A stretch of 64,000 nt of DNA from positions 1,331,820-1,395,819 of the forward strand of contig OZ244821.1 of NCBI GenBank assembly GCA_965220325.1. Reading direction: 5' to 3'. A model generated the notes under the pieces. That model did no database searches and was not told the DNA's origin. It saw only the letters and a program-made list of their open reading frames with translations. The stretch comes from Candidatus Poribacteria bacterium (lineage in GTDB: Bacteria > Poribacteria > WGA-4E > WGA-3G). Shown here piece after piece: positions 1-9,773 of this stretch. The position numbers and the translations under genes are program-made. Numbering within the stretch: the first letter of the stretch is position 1; every line of letters starts with the position of its first letter.

Positions 1-114
1 AGAACCCCTACGCTGATTAATTGGGAAGAACGTTTAGAAGCAGCTCGACAAAAATTGATCGCTGAGGGAAAGTACCCCGTGATGCCCAAATCAGCGTCAG
101 AGTCCCTGGATTAA
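1..114 (+). CDS. 3' end of an unidentified CDS entering from the left edge (partial)
   Basis: Frame +1 is open from base 1 and stops at TAA 112..114 (...RTPTLINWEERLEAARQKLIAEGKYPVMPKSASESLD*). It is convergent with the next gene. No family recognised. Confidence 0.3.
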   Translation, partial: RTPTLINWEERLEAARQKLIAEGKYPVMPKSASESLD

Positions 115-131
115 ACGGATTCGGATACAGG

Positions 132-2744
132 TTATTGTTTCCGCTTGGGGTTCCAGAAGGCGCAAATCACTGCGGTAATCGGAATTGCAAGCACTAAGCC
201 GAGCGTGCCAGCCAGCAGTCGTACAATCTCAGCGGATACAACGCCGATGCTCAGGAGCTGCACCGGTGGCGATTTGAAGAAATCTAAGTCCGGTGCTATA
301 ATCGTGACGACCAGCAACAACTCTACACCGAGATACGCGAAGACCAAGGTATTCACCATTGTCCCGAGGATATCCGTACCGACGTTGAGACCGGAGGCGA
401 TGAGTCGCCATGTTGGCATGTTCGGGTTGGCTTTACGAATTTCTTCCATGCTTGATGCCACCTCAATCGCGCCGTCAACAGCGACACCTAACACGCCCAT
501 CAACATCCCTGCTAAAAGGATCTGAACGAAATCGAAGGGTGGCGTGCGTGTTGCCTCTATAATGTCCGCCGAAATCGCGTTCTCTAAACCGGAGAAGTGG
601 AGATGCTGCTGCGCGAACAGGACAATCAGCCCCGCAACCAAAATACCGCCCATCGTACCCAGTACGGCTGAAAACGTTTTCCGACTCGGACCGATGACGA
701 ATACCAGAGACACAAACGCCACAGCGCCCGATGTCAGCGTAACGATGAACACTGCGTTCGCGCCGCCTGAAATTGATGGGAGCATAAAGAAATAGATAAC
801 AGCGGCAGAGATTAACATCGCACATGCTGTCCGGATGCCTTCAATCCGGCCGACGAGGATAATCAGCAGCAGCATCCCGCCAACCATCCAGATCAAGAAT
901 CCGTCTCTACCATAATCTTGGACGATGTTGACAAGACTCACCTGCTCAGGGATTCCGCCGACACGACAGAGAATAACGTCCCCCGGTTCTGCGGGGATGC
1001 TCAACAACGGCATGTTGTGATTCACGATGTTTCGGAACATCAAGCGTCTGCCTTTATACATCCCGCTCAGCATCTCTACTTCAAGGATATGATGCTCGCT
1101 TTTCGACTCATAGACGCTGAGAACGGTTTTCGCGGCGTGCTCCATTTCACGGACACTGTATGTCTGCTCGTATTTCTTATCCGAAAGCAGCCAACGACTG
1201 TCCTTCCACGGTTTGATTGCGACAATGACTTCGTGAGATAAAGGGATATTCTCGTTATTGAAGGCTTCACGCAGCGCAGCAGGAACGACGCCGTTGTTTA
1301 GATCGGTTACGGCACTGCTGTCAATGTTAAAGAGGAAATTCGCATTCGATTCAAGCAGTTGGACAACTCTTCCTTTCGCGTACTCCGATTTGTTGACCAG
1401 ATTTCCGTCTACATCCACTTGCTCCGAGATAGTCGCCGAAAGTTCATGCGTCCGAAAATAGACGAACGCTGTACCGAGCAGGACAACAAGCATCGCAATC
1501 GGGACGGCGATCCGTGCTGCGCTGCGAGGCGGATCGGCACGGAACAATTCCTCTAACTCTTCTTCGGAAGGCAGGTCCTCATGGATTTCGGATTTATCCA
1601 CTTTCGCGTATTGTGTCAGGAACCCTGCGACCGATGCAGCGATCGGGACCGTCAGCACCAGTCCGATAGTGCCTACCACCGCCTGAATAATCGCGACGGC
1701 TGTTGCTTCATCATTGACGAGTCGGAGAAATGGGTAGATGATACCGACTTCTGGGAAATCGATGCGCGGGAGTAGCATCGTCATCATGTGCGCGCCGAGG
1801 TAGGCGAAGATGAGTGTGTCTGCCATCGTTCCCATAATGTCGCGCCCGACATTCAACCCTGCACGAATCGCTTGCCGCACCGTGATGTTCGGATTCACCT
1901 GTTTGACTTCGTGAACACTTGAAGAGATGGACATGCTTACATCCATCATTGCACCGACTGCACCCAAGATGATGCCGGCGGACAGAATCCCTGTGAAGTT
2001 CCAGTGATGGGAGGCGGGGGTCCGCCACAGCGCGATTCCGAGTTCAAGGAAACCGAACTCTTGTGCCAATCCTGTCAGTGCCATGACGTGTTGACTGATG
2101 ATTGACAAGACACCGACAGCCGCCAATCCGCCGAGTGTGCCGAGTACACCGGAAATAACCTTGAAACTAAACCCCGTAATTAGCAGGAAGGTCGTTAAGG
2201 TCAGTAGTGCAGCGATGAGGAGAGCAACCGAGATCGGGTTATAACCACTGATCGTCAGCGGCACCAGCAAATAAAGCACAGCAAACGCAGTGACAAACAG
2301 CGTTAAGATCGCGCGGACACCTTTCATCCCAGCGACAAGGATCATCAGCACGCCTAACGCACCAGCGAGATACAGCAGGAACGGTGTCCGGAAGTACTCA
2401 CGCATCGATACGTTGTCAATTTTCGGATTCTTCGGATCACGGATCGGAATGTCAAGGAATAGGACATCGCCCTTTCGCAACACGCGGTCTCCGAAAGCGC
2501 GTCCTGTCCAGATGTTGTTTATCTGAACCGTCTCGCCACGAAACTGACCGGAGAGGATGCGAAACGACAACACTTGGTCGGCTTCATCACTCGTATCTAT
2601 ACCGGTAACACGTCCCAAACAGACGAGTACCTGTAACGCACCGTCGTACGTAACTTCCGCGAACCGATAAAGTCTCACATGGAACACCGCAACGCTCAGT
2701 AGAATAAGCACGATGCCGATGATTTTGATGTTTCTTTCTCGCAT
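132..2744 (-). CDS. Polytopic membrane protein built from two tandem YibE/F-like units
   Basis: 870-aa ORF. Both halves repeat the same layout: a soluble N-terminal segment followed by multiple TM helices. Matching motifs are ...AGLNVGRDIMGTMADTLIFAYLG... and ...SGLNVGTDILGTMVNTLVFAYLG..., typical of the YibE/F family. Confidence 0.7.
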   Translation of the reverse strand: MRERNIKIIGIVLILLSVAVFHVRLYRFAEVTYDGALQVLVCLGRVTGIDTSDEADQVLSFRILSGQFRGETVQINNIWTGRAFGDRVLRKGDVLFLDIPIRDPKNPKIDNVSMREYFRTPFLLYLAGALGVLMILVAGMKGVRAILTLFVTAFAVLYLLVPLTISGYNPISVALLIAALLTLTTFLLITGFSFKVISGVLGTLGGLAAVGVLSIISQHVMALTGLAQEFGFLELGIALWRTPASHHWNFTGILSAGIILGAVGAMMDVSMSISSSVHEVKQVNPNITVRQAIRAGLNVGRDIMGTMADTLIFAYLGAHMMTMLLPRIDFPEVGIIYPFLRLVNDEATAVAIIQAVVGTIGLVLTVPIAASVAGFLTQYAKVDKSEIHEDLPSEEELEELFRADPPRSAARIAVPIAMLVVLLGTAFVYFRTHELSATISEQVDVDGNLVNKSEYAKGRVVQLLESNANFLFNIDSSAVTDLNNGVVPAALREAFNNENIPLSHEVIVAIKPWKDSRWLLSDKKYEQTYSVREMEHAAKTVLSVYESKSEHHILEVEMLSGMYKGRRLMFRNIVNHNMPLLSIPAEPGDVILCRVGGIPEQVSLVNIVQDYGRDGFLIWMVGGMLLLIILVGRIEGIRTACAMLISAAVIYFFMLPSISGGANAVFIVTLTSGAVAFVSLVFVIGPSRKTFSAVLGTMGGILVAGLIVLFAQQHLHFSGLENAISADIIEATRTPPFDFVQILLAGMLMGVLGVAVDGAIEVASSMEEIRKANPNMPTWRLIASGLNVGTDILGTMVNTLVFAYLGVELLLVVTIIAPDLDFFKSPPVQLLSIGVVSAEIVRLLAGTLGLVLAIPITAVICAFWNPKRKQ

Positions 2745-3019
2745 ATTGTGTTTTTATTTTCAGTCCGAAAATGTGACACGTCTGTAAATATGACGTAACT
2801 GGAGTTCACATTTAATTGAATTGACAGGCACCATATCGTCAAATTCTTGAAATTCAGTAACCTTTCTTCGCAAATAATATGCCAACCAGAAACACTACAG
2901 GCCGCCGATCCGGGCGTTAAAACTGCCCAAATGAGTGCAGCGCACCGAAGGAATTGCACGCATCCGTGCAGAACAATGGACCGCGACGCTTCCGGTAGAA
3001 ACAACCGCCTAATCTCGAC

Positions 3020-4873
3020 TTAGAGGTGCTTCCGAATATTTTCAGCGACACTGCGTGGAATCCCTTTCACAGAGAGCAGACCGTCAAGACTCGCTTCACG
3101 GATTGCGTCAATAGAGCCGAAATGCTGAAGCAGTGCCTGTTTACGCTTTGGACCGACGTTCGGGATCTCATCAAGTACCGACTCACTCAATGACTTCTGA
3201 CGGAGCCGTCGATGATAAGTAACAGCGAACCGGTGAGCCTCATCTCGCAGGCGTTGGATCATGTGTAAGGTCGGGTTATCCTCTCGCAACACAATCGGTT
3301 CCGATTTATCTGGTACAAAAATTTCCTCAATCCGTTTCGCCAATGCGATCATCGGAATATCGGGGAGTTGAGAGGGCGCGAAGGTTTTCATAGCCGTCTT
3401 CGCCGCACTGAGCTGCCCTTTCCCACCATCAATCAGCATGAGGTCTGGCAGCTTATTAAATTTCTCATCGTCTGCAAGGGCGCGCCGGAAACGGCGGACG
3501 ATCACCTCTTGCATCATTGCAAAATCGTTCTGTCCGTCAACCGATCGGATCCTGAAGCGTCGGTATTCCGATGAAGCCGGTTTCCCGTCCTCCAAGACCA
3601 CCATCGACCCGACAGCGAACTGATCACCGAGATTGGAAATATCGTACGCCTCAATCCGTCTGAGCGGGTGTTTCAACGCAAGCAGTTCTTGGAGTTCAAC
3701 GAGTGCGGGTTCCACACCGCTGCTATAGACCACATTCTGCTCACGCTGGGTCAGGAGAATCTCGGCATTCTTTGATGCCAAAATCTGTAATTTCCGGAGT
3801 CTACCGGCTCTCGGCATAAGCAACCCGACACGGCTCCCCCGCTTTTCGCTCAGCCAATTTTCGATCAGTTCTACCGATTCAATCTGCATCGGTAAGACGA
3901 TTGTCTTAGGCACGAACACAGCGTTCTGATAATATTGCGAAATGAAAGCACTTAACGCCATTGCAAGCGATTCCGGATCTGCATCGTTAAGGTAGTAGTG
4001 TTCACGTTCAAGAAGTTTTCCATCACGTACACGCAACAGTTGAACACAGGCAATATCCGTTCGTGCTGCGATACCGATGACATCCTCATCTGCAGCGGAG
4101 ACGCTATCTATATTCTGTGTTGTAATCGCCTGTTGAACATCTTTAAGTGTGTCCCGATGCTTCGCTGCGGTCTCAAAATCGAGTGCCTCCGCAGCGGCTT
4201 GCATCTGTTCTGTCAACTCTTTAACAACGGCATCCGTATTCCCACCCAAGAACTGACACACCTTCCGAACGATATCGTCGTAATCTGCTGTATCTATTTT
4301 ATCTGCACAAGGCCCCGGACACCGCCCGATATGGTAATCCAAGCAGACTCGGTACCTGTTGCCTGTTTTCGTCAGCGGCAGGGTACAGGTACGGATCGGA
4401 AAGAATTTCGTCAACTGTTTAAGCACCTGTCGTGTTGAACGGACATGAACGAATGGACCGAAATATCGTGTCCCATCGTTCTTGGCAGTACGCGTAATAT
4501 GAATGCGCGGAAACGGCTCGTTCGTTGTCACGCGTAGGTACGGATAGCGTTTATCGTCCTTCAGTTTCACGTTGTAGCGGGGTTGGTGTGCCTTGATGAG
4601 ATTGTTTTCCAGAATCAGTGCTTCCACCTCTGTCTCGGTGGCGATATAATCGATCTCTGTGACATACCGCATCATCTGCGAAGTCAAGGCATGTGCAGAC
4701 TTTTCTTTGAAATAAGATCGCACCCGAGTCCGCAAACGGATCGCTTTCCCGACATAGATGACGCTGCCATCGGAGGCTTTCATCAGATAAACCCCGGGCA
4801 CATTCGGAAGCGACTGCCACAATTCAGGCGGTGCCTGTGTTTCTTTGGTGTTTTCTCGTTCTTCTGACTTCAT
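3020..4873 (-). CDS. uvrC: Excinuclease ABC subunit C (UvrC)
   Basis: N-terminal GIY-YIG motif (PGVYLMKASDGSVIYVGKAIRLRTRVRSYF), UvrBC-interaction region, and C-terminal RNaseH-like plus (HhH)2 end (NVGPKRKQALLQHFGS). The ATG at 4873 has an AAGGA upstream. The longer track ORF begins at a TTG at 4891. Confidence 0.9.
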   Translation of the reverse strand: MKSEERENTKETQAPPELWQSLPNVPGVYLMKASDGSVIYVGKAIRLRTRVRSYFKEKSAHALTSQMMRYVTEIDYIATETEVEALILENNLIKAHQPRYNVKLKDDKRYPYLRVTTNEPFPRIHITRTAKNDGTRYFGPFVHVRSTRQVLKQLTKFFPIRTCTLPLTKTGNRYRVCLDYHIGRCPGPCADKIDTADYDDIVRKVCQFLGGNTDAVVKELTEQMQAAAEALDFETAAKHRDTLKDVQQAITTQNIDSVSAADEDVIGIAARTDIACVQLLRVRDGKLLEREHYYLNDADPESLAMALSAFISQYYQNAVFVPKTIVLPMQIESVELIENWLSEKRGSRVGLLMPRAGRLRKLQILASKNAEILLTQREQNVVYSSGVEPALVELQELLALKHPLRRIEAYDISNLGDQFAVGSMVVLEDGKPASSEYRRFRIRSVDGQNDFAMMQEVIVRRFRRALADDEKFNKLPDLMLIDGGKGQLSAAKTAMKTFAPSQLPDIPMIALAKRIEEIFVPDKSEPIVLREDNPTLHMIQRLRDEAHRFAVTYHRRLRQKSLSESVLDEIPNVGPKRKQALLQHFGSIDAIREASLDGLLSVKGIPRSVAENIRKHL

Positions 4874-4979
4874 TTTTTTCGTCCTTTTCAAACGGATGGA
4901 AGGATGGGTCCCACTCTTCCACTCTTCTCTTCCATTCCTCCACTCCCTATTGGATTTTTTGCTCCATTTTTACTTGTGC

Positions 4980-5684
4980 TTAAAATAGGACCTTCTCATA
5001 CACCGCTCGATAGATCGGTCTGCCCTCCAAAACATACTTCATTTCATAGTGTGTGACAATATCGCTATCCGGTCTGAGACCTGCATTAATGGGACGAAGT
5101 ACCGATAAACCTGCAAGCCGTTCCTGAATCTCTTGAAAATATTCCTCGTGGTCTGTGACAATATAGAGTCTACCGCCCCCTGAATTGAGTGTGTGCGTCA
5201 AGGCTGCCAAAAAATCTTGGTTCCGAAAGATCCGTCGTTTCCGCTGTCGTTTTCTGGGCCACGGATCCGGGAAATAGATGTGATACGCCTGCACAGACAT
5301 CTCAGGCACATATCGTGTCAAAAAGTAGTTGGCATCCGTCCGCACGAGTCGGACATTCGAGAATGTGCCGGACGTTTTATCGATCCCGAAATGTCGGATA
5401 TGTTTTTCAAACCGCTCCCGCGTCAGTTCTACATATTTCTGTGCTCGCTCTACACCGATATAGTTAACCTTCGGATGCCGTTTTGATGCTTCAAGCAGAA
5501 AACGTCCTTTACCCGATCCGATTTCTATCTCCACTGGATAAGTGTTCCGAAAGAGTCGCTCCCAATTCATCGGTGCGTCTAATTCACTGAGCGGAATAAT
5601 CTGTTCTGTTACAATGTCAATCACTTGGGAGTGGGAAGTCGTATGCTGGTAGTAGATTTCGTTATAGTTCGGATTTTCACGCAT
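4980..5684 (-). CDS. trmB: tRNA (guanine46-N7)-methyltransferase TrmB
   Basis: SAM motif EIGSGKGRFLLE and the signature FPDPWPRKRQRKRR. Length of 234 aa is typical. Confidence 0.85.
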   Translation of the reverse strand: MRENPNYNEIYYQHTTSHSQVIDIVTEQIIPLSELDAPMNWERLFRNTYPVEIEIGSGKGRFLLEASKRHPKVNYIGVERAQKYVELTRERFEKHIRHFGIDKTSGTFSNVRLVRTDANYFLTRYVPEMSVQAYHIYFPDPWPRKRQRKRRIFRNQDFLAALTHTLNSGGGRLYIVTDHEEYFQEIQERLAGLSVLRPINAGLRPDSDIVTHYEMKYVLEGRPIYRAVYEKVLF

Positions 5685-5688
5685 TCTT

Positions 5689-6447
5689 TTAAGATTCCGA
5701 CAGATATTTATGGAGGTGCGTTTTAACCAAATTGTCCTGTGGTTGATACCCTAACACCTCAACGGCACCGCTGATATCGAGATAGCTCTGCTGATACCCG
5801 TCAGAGTTCGCCGAGCGTCCGTAGGTAATAAGATACTTAACTGGTCCATTGTAATCGACAGCCAAACCGAAGAGTTGAACGCAATCTCGGGGTGTCAGGA
5901 GTGTGCTACAGTGTCGGATTCCACTTGGCTCGTAAGTGCCGTTGAAGCTCCCGATACGGATACTGATGAATCGCATACCGTGTGCATCCACGAGATAGCG
6001 TCCTGCGATTTCCGCCATTCCCTTCATCGCACCGTACCAACCATCAGGTCGAAATTGATCTCCCGTTGAGAACCGGGGTGGCGAATTCAACCGCTCATTC
6101 CAACCTGAGACGTGATTCGTACTGGCGTATACAATCTTCTGAATCCCGCCCTCTCGTGCCGCTTCAAACAGCGTCATAGACGCGCCGATGTCACTAACTT
6201 CACCCGGCACCTTTCCAAGCGAATCTTGACGGATATAAGCGAGATGCAGCAACACATCGTGGTCACGGCAGAGTTCTTGCATCGCAGCGTAATCCCGAAT
6301 ATCTGCTTGGACGCCCCGTGAATTCGCCCCTACAATCGGATTGATATCCATCAATGTTAATGTGTAGGTATCCTGTTTTTCCCACGCTTTCCAGAGCGCG
6401 GTGCCGACGGTGCCGGCTGCTCCCGTAATCAATACGCGCTGTTTCAT
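5689..6447 (-). CDS. NAD-dependent epimerase/dehydratase family (extended SDR) protein
   Basis: N-terminal Rossmann motif VLITGAAGTVGTAL and a YGAMK catalytic-type motif. The stop lies 4 nt before the trmB start (operon-like). Confidence 0.7.
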   Translation of the reverse strand: MKQRVLITGAAGTVGTALWKAWEKQDTYTLTLMDINPIVGANSRGVQADIRDYAAMQELCRDHDVLLHLAYIRQDSLGKVPGEVSDIGASMTLFEAAREGGIQKIVYASTNHVSGWNERLNSPPRFSTGDQFRPDGWYGAMKGMAEIAGRYLVDAHGMRFISIRIGSFNGTYEPSGIRHCSTLLTPRDCVQLFGLAVDYNGPVKYLITYGRSANSDGYQQSYLDISGAVEVLGYQPQDNLVKTHLHKYLSES

Positions 6448-6467
6448 CTCGTTTCCTCAAATTGAAA

Positions 6468-9185
6468 CTATTTCCCATTTTCGGTGTCTAACGCCGCCAT
6501 AATATCAGCATGTACCGCTTTCGGGTCCGCCACTGGCTGGACGTAGAACCGATCAATCGCTCGTCCACCTAACCCCGAACATTTACACATCTCAACGTTC
6601 AATCCGAGCTTCGCCAAGATACCACTGAAGTAGTGGAGGAACCCGACCTTTTCCTCGCCAACGACGACAATCTCGGAGTAGCTGCGTGCTGTCTCAACGG
6701 TGACCTCGTCAACCTCCCACGTCTCATTGAGGTTTAGGTAGTGCTTCTGAAAAATCTGCTCAAGCGTACTTTCCTTTGCGAGGAGGCTCCGGATATCAAA
6801 ATCGATGTCACGCTTGAGTTCCTCGTCAAGCGGCATCGGTTCGCCGCGGTGATGCGGCGGTTGGTGCACAAGTCGATAAATTTCAAGTTCGATATTGGTG
6901 TCCTGTTTCGTGTAGACGCGGGCATCGCGAACATCTATACCATTGGCGTAAAAGAGTCCGCTTACTGTGTGCAATTTGCCGATTCGGCTGGGGCTACAGA
7001 GATGCAGTTCTGTAAACCCCGGGCGATCTACAAATTGGACGATCCCAGTAATTGCGGTTGTATCTTCCTCCGTAGTAGCCGCTTCGGCTTGTGTCGCCAT
7101 CTTTATATGCATGGCGATCTCCTCCGGAGAGACACTAATACGGTAAGAGACAGGCATGTGATGAAGGAATTGCTGAAATTCCTCAACCGGTGCGAAGGCT
7201 CCCCACTGTGTCTCCTCTTGCCCGACAAAACGGGTTCGCGCAGCCTCGTATAAACTCTTCAGGTTATGTTTAACAACGTGGCTGAAATTCTGTGAACCGT
7301 TGGCTTTGGAATCGCAATAAGTCAGTAGATAGAGTGCTGTCAAACGCTCCAACGAGTTAACCTTCTTACAGAATTCTGCGATCGTACGCTCGTCCCAATG
7401 GTGATAGCGTGCTAACTCTATCATTGCGAGATGTTCTCGAATGAGAAAACAGATATCGTCTGTCTGTTGCGAATTGAACCCAAATTCGGGTGCGATGCGT
7501 CTCGCTTTTTCTGCGCCGGTCGCGGGATGGTTTGGATCCGGCTTGTCTATATCGTGAATGAAAAGTGCCATATACAGTGGACTTGCATCTGAAAGCGAGC
7601 GGAATGCCGCGTTGAGCTCCTCTAATTCGGAAGTCGGGGACGGTGACACCGGCGAACCTAAACCGCCTGCCCCACCAAATGGACCGCTCGACTCAGTTTG
7701 ACGGATTTCATCGAGATAGCCAATCGCGACGAGCGTATGTTTGCCAACTGTATATGGATCGAGGCTCCGCTCACTGCGCGTCATCATTGCCCTTTCAAAA
7801 AGCCCGCCACCTTCTCCGAGACGCGAGAGAATGCTCAATCTGTGCAGACGGGTTAAAGTCTTGGCGACGTCACCAGGCATGTTTATCAATTCCGCCATTC
7901 GATGTTGGAAAGACCCCCAATCAAAGGCATCAACATAACGGAAGATGAACGTAGAAAGCGAGGCATCAATTTCAAAATCATACTGTTGGAAGTAGGTAAA
8001 CAGGGTAAAGAGATTATCTGCATCGAGTTCACCGAAGTTATTATCAATGCAATACAGCAGGTCTGTCCGGACGGCAAGGACATCGGAGATAGGAATCCCA
8101 TTGGCTAACATCTTTCGGATCAGAAGTTCCGCCTTGAGATGTAGATATTTCGCTTTGGCATAATATTCAGCCATGAACTCGTAACGCCCTTCGTCTGTTT
8201 CGTCCGTTAATCCGAGTACCCGTGCGATCTCTGCCTGCAATGTATCGCCCTTTTCCGGATGATAAGAGAGATCATCGTGCGGAGCATCGGCTAGGACATG
8301 CAGAAGATTCCGCACTTTAAACATGAAATCAAGCGAAGGCATCAGCTGTTCGTCGCTGTAGCGTTCGTAGAGTTCAGGAATCGACGTAAAGTTTGGCAGT
8401 CCACATATCCAGAGTGCGTACTGAAGCGTTCGCAGTCCACCTCTCCCGGTTTTTACATTCGGTTGGTTGAGGTAGATGGTATCCTCGGAAGCCTTGAAAG
8501 CATCCGCTTTCGATTTCAGGAGGTCCAGCACGAGCGAGATGTCCGATTTTTCGGAGTGCACGGCTTTCCGGAACCGCTCGGTTAGCGTCGAGTCGCCGGC
8601 AATAAAGCGCATATCAATCAACGCAGTCATATCCTGATAATTCCACTTCGAGATATCCGCAAGTGGACGATAGATAAAGCTGAACTCAAACCCCGGAATC
8701 ACCGAGTGAAGACTATCAAAAAAATCGTAGAACCATCGGATCAGTTCAAGCGTACTCTCATCGTAGATATCCTCTAAATCGACCGAGGATGTGTAGATGA
8801 CATCTACATCCGAAAAATAGCAGAGTTCGTTTCTACCGTAACTGCCGACCCCATAAAGTGCGACATCCGGTGCCCACCCTTCCAATTCTGCCGTTAAGTC
8901 GCTGGTATCAACGTCTGGAAGCTGGCTCAGGACATCGATCTGCTTCTGGAATTCATCGCGAATCTGAAAGGAGGCGACCTCATAAACTTTCTGAATAACG
9001 ACATCCCACATCTGCGTATGGGTCTGACATGCACCGAAGCCACTTTCACCCTTCAAGATACAGGTTTTTAGCCGCTCCCGTTCGGATTGGATGAAAGCAG
9101 CGAGTTGTTTTTGCAAGGCTTCAAAAGTTACATCCAGGTCCGGCACATAGGTATTGAGTCGTTTTTGAATATGTGTGGTATCCAT
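6468..9185 (-). CDS. glnD: GlnD-like [protein-PII] uridylyltransferase/uridylyl-removing enzyme
   Basis: 905 aa. Nucleotidyltransferase motif GSYGRNELCYFSDVDV, HD-domain motif FIHDIDKP, and two ACT-like segments at the C-terminus. SD GGAGAGGA precedes the ATG. Confidence 0.7.
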   Translation of the reverse strand: MDTTHIQKRLNTYVPDLDVTFEALQKQLAAFIQSERERLKTCILKGESGFGACQTHTQMWDVVIQKVYEVASFQIRDEFQKQIDVLSQLPDVDTSDLTAELEGWAPDVALYGVGSYGRNELCYFSDVDVIYTSSVDLEDIYDESTLELIRWFYDFFDSLHSVIPGFEFSFIYRPLADISKWNYQDMTALIDMRFIAGDSTLTERFRKAVHSEKSDISLVLDLLKSKADAFKASEDTIYLNQPNVKTGRGGLRTLQYALWICGLPNFTSIPELYERYSDEQLMPSLDFMFKVRNLLHVLADAPHDDLSYHPEKGDTLQAEIARVLGLTDETDEGRYEFMAEYYAKAKYLHLKAELLIRKMLANGIPISDVLAVRTDLLYCIDNNFGELDADNLFTLFTYFQQYDFEIDASLSTFIFRYVDAFDWGSFQHRMAELINMPGDVAKTLTRLHRLSILSRLGEGGGLFERAMMTRSERSLDPYTVGKHTLVAIGYLDEIRQTESSGPFGGAGGLGSPVSPSPTSELEELNAAFRSLSDASPLYMALFIHDIDKPDPNHPATGAEKARRIAPEFGFNSQQTDDICFLIREHLAMIELARYHHWDERTIAEFCKKVNSLERLTALYLLTYCDSKANGSQNFSHVVKHNLKSLYEAARTRFVGQEETQWGAFAPVEEFQQFLHHMPVSYRISVSPEEIAMHIKMATQAEAATTEEDTTAITGIVQFVDRPGFTELHLCSPSRIGKLHTVSGLFYANGIDVRDARVYTKQDTNIELEIYRLVHQPPHHRGEPMPLDEELKRDIDFDIRSLLAKESTLEQIFQKHYLNLNETWEVDEVTVETARSYSEIVVVGEEKVGFLHYFSGILAKLGLNVEMCKCSGLGGRAIDRFYVQPVADPKAVHADIMAALDTENGK

Positions 9186-9333
9186 TTCATCCTCTCCAAT
9201 GTATCAGAGCAGCCTAATTGTCGCGGCGTTCAATTTTCTTAAAAGAATAACCAACGTTTGAATCAAACCTATTATACAGCAACCCCGAAAAAAAGACAAG
9301 CCCGAATTAGGAGAAAAAAAACGCAAATTTAAT

Positions 9334-9363
9334 TTGACAACCTACTGTGTAATATTGTATAAT
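9334..9363 (+). promoter_or_regulatory. Sigma70-type promoter candidate for the RHH gene
   Basis: TTGACA (9334..9339), an 18-nt spacer, then TATAAT (9358..9363). It lies about 50 nt upstream of the ATG at 9415. Confidence 0.45.
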
Positions 9364-9414
9364 AATTACATGTAATTAAATTAAGTTGTATTTCAACAGA
9401 AAGGAGATTAGAAA

Positions 9415-9759
9415 ATGCCAAAATTTGGTCCAAAACAACAAGCCAGAAGACCGCGTGAGAGACGCGGCCCCCGACGCGCGAGAGGTCAGGGAAGAAGGAA
9501 TAATGTGGTTATGGTCAGGGTTGATGAGGAAAATCTCAGTCGGATTGATGAACTCGTGGCATCCGGACAATTTAACAGTCGGTCCGAAGCGACTGCGTTC
9601 CTCATCGGCGAGGGTATCAAATCCAAGCAGGAAATGTTCGATAAGATAGCCGAAAAAATTTCTCAGATAAAAAATTTGAGAACCGAGCTTGGGGAAATGA
9701 TTGCTGAAGATACCAAACCGTCCGAAACTGCTGATCAGAGCACCGATAGCGCACAATAG
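9415..9759 (+). CDS. Small ribbon-helix-helix (CopG/Arc-like) DNA-binding protein with an Arg-rich N-terminal tail
   Basis: The segment VVMVRVDEENLSRIDELVASGQFNSRSEATAFLIGEGI fits a beta-strand/helix/helix RHH pattern. Strong SD AAGGAG. No partner toxin gene is adjacent. Confidence 0.5.
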   Translation: MPKFGPKQQARRPRERRGPRRARGQGRRNNVVMVRVDEENLSRIDELVASGQFNSRSEATAFLIGEGIKSKQEMFDKIAEKISQIKNLRTELGEMIAEDTKPSETADQSTDSAQ

Positions 9760-9773
9760 TACAGAGGTAGTTG

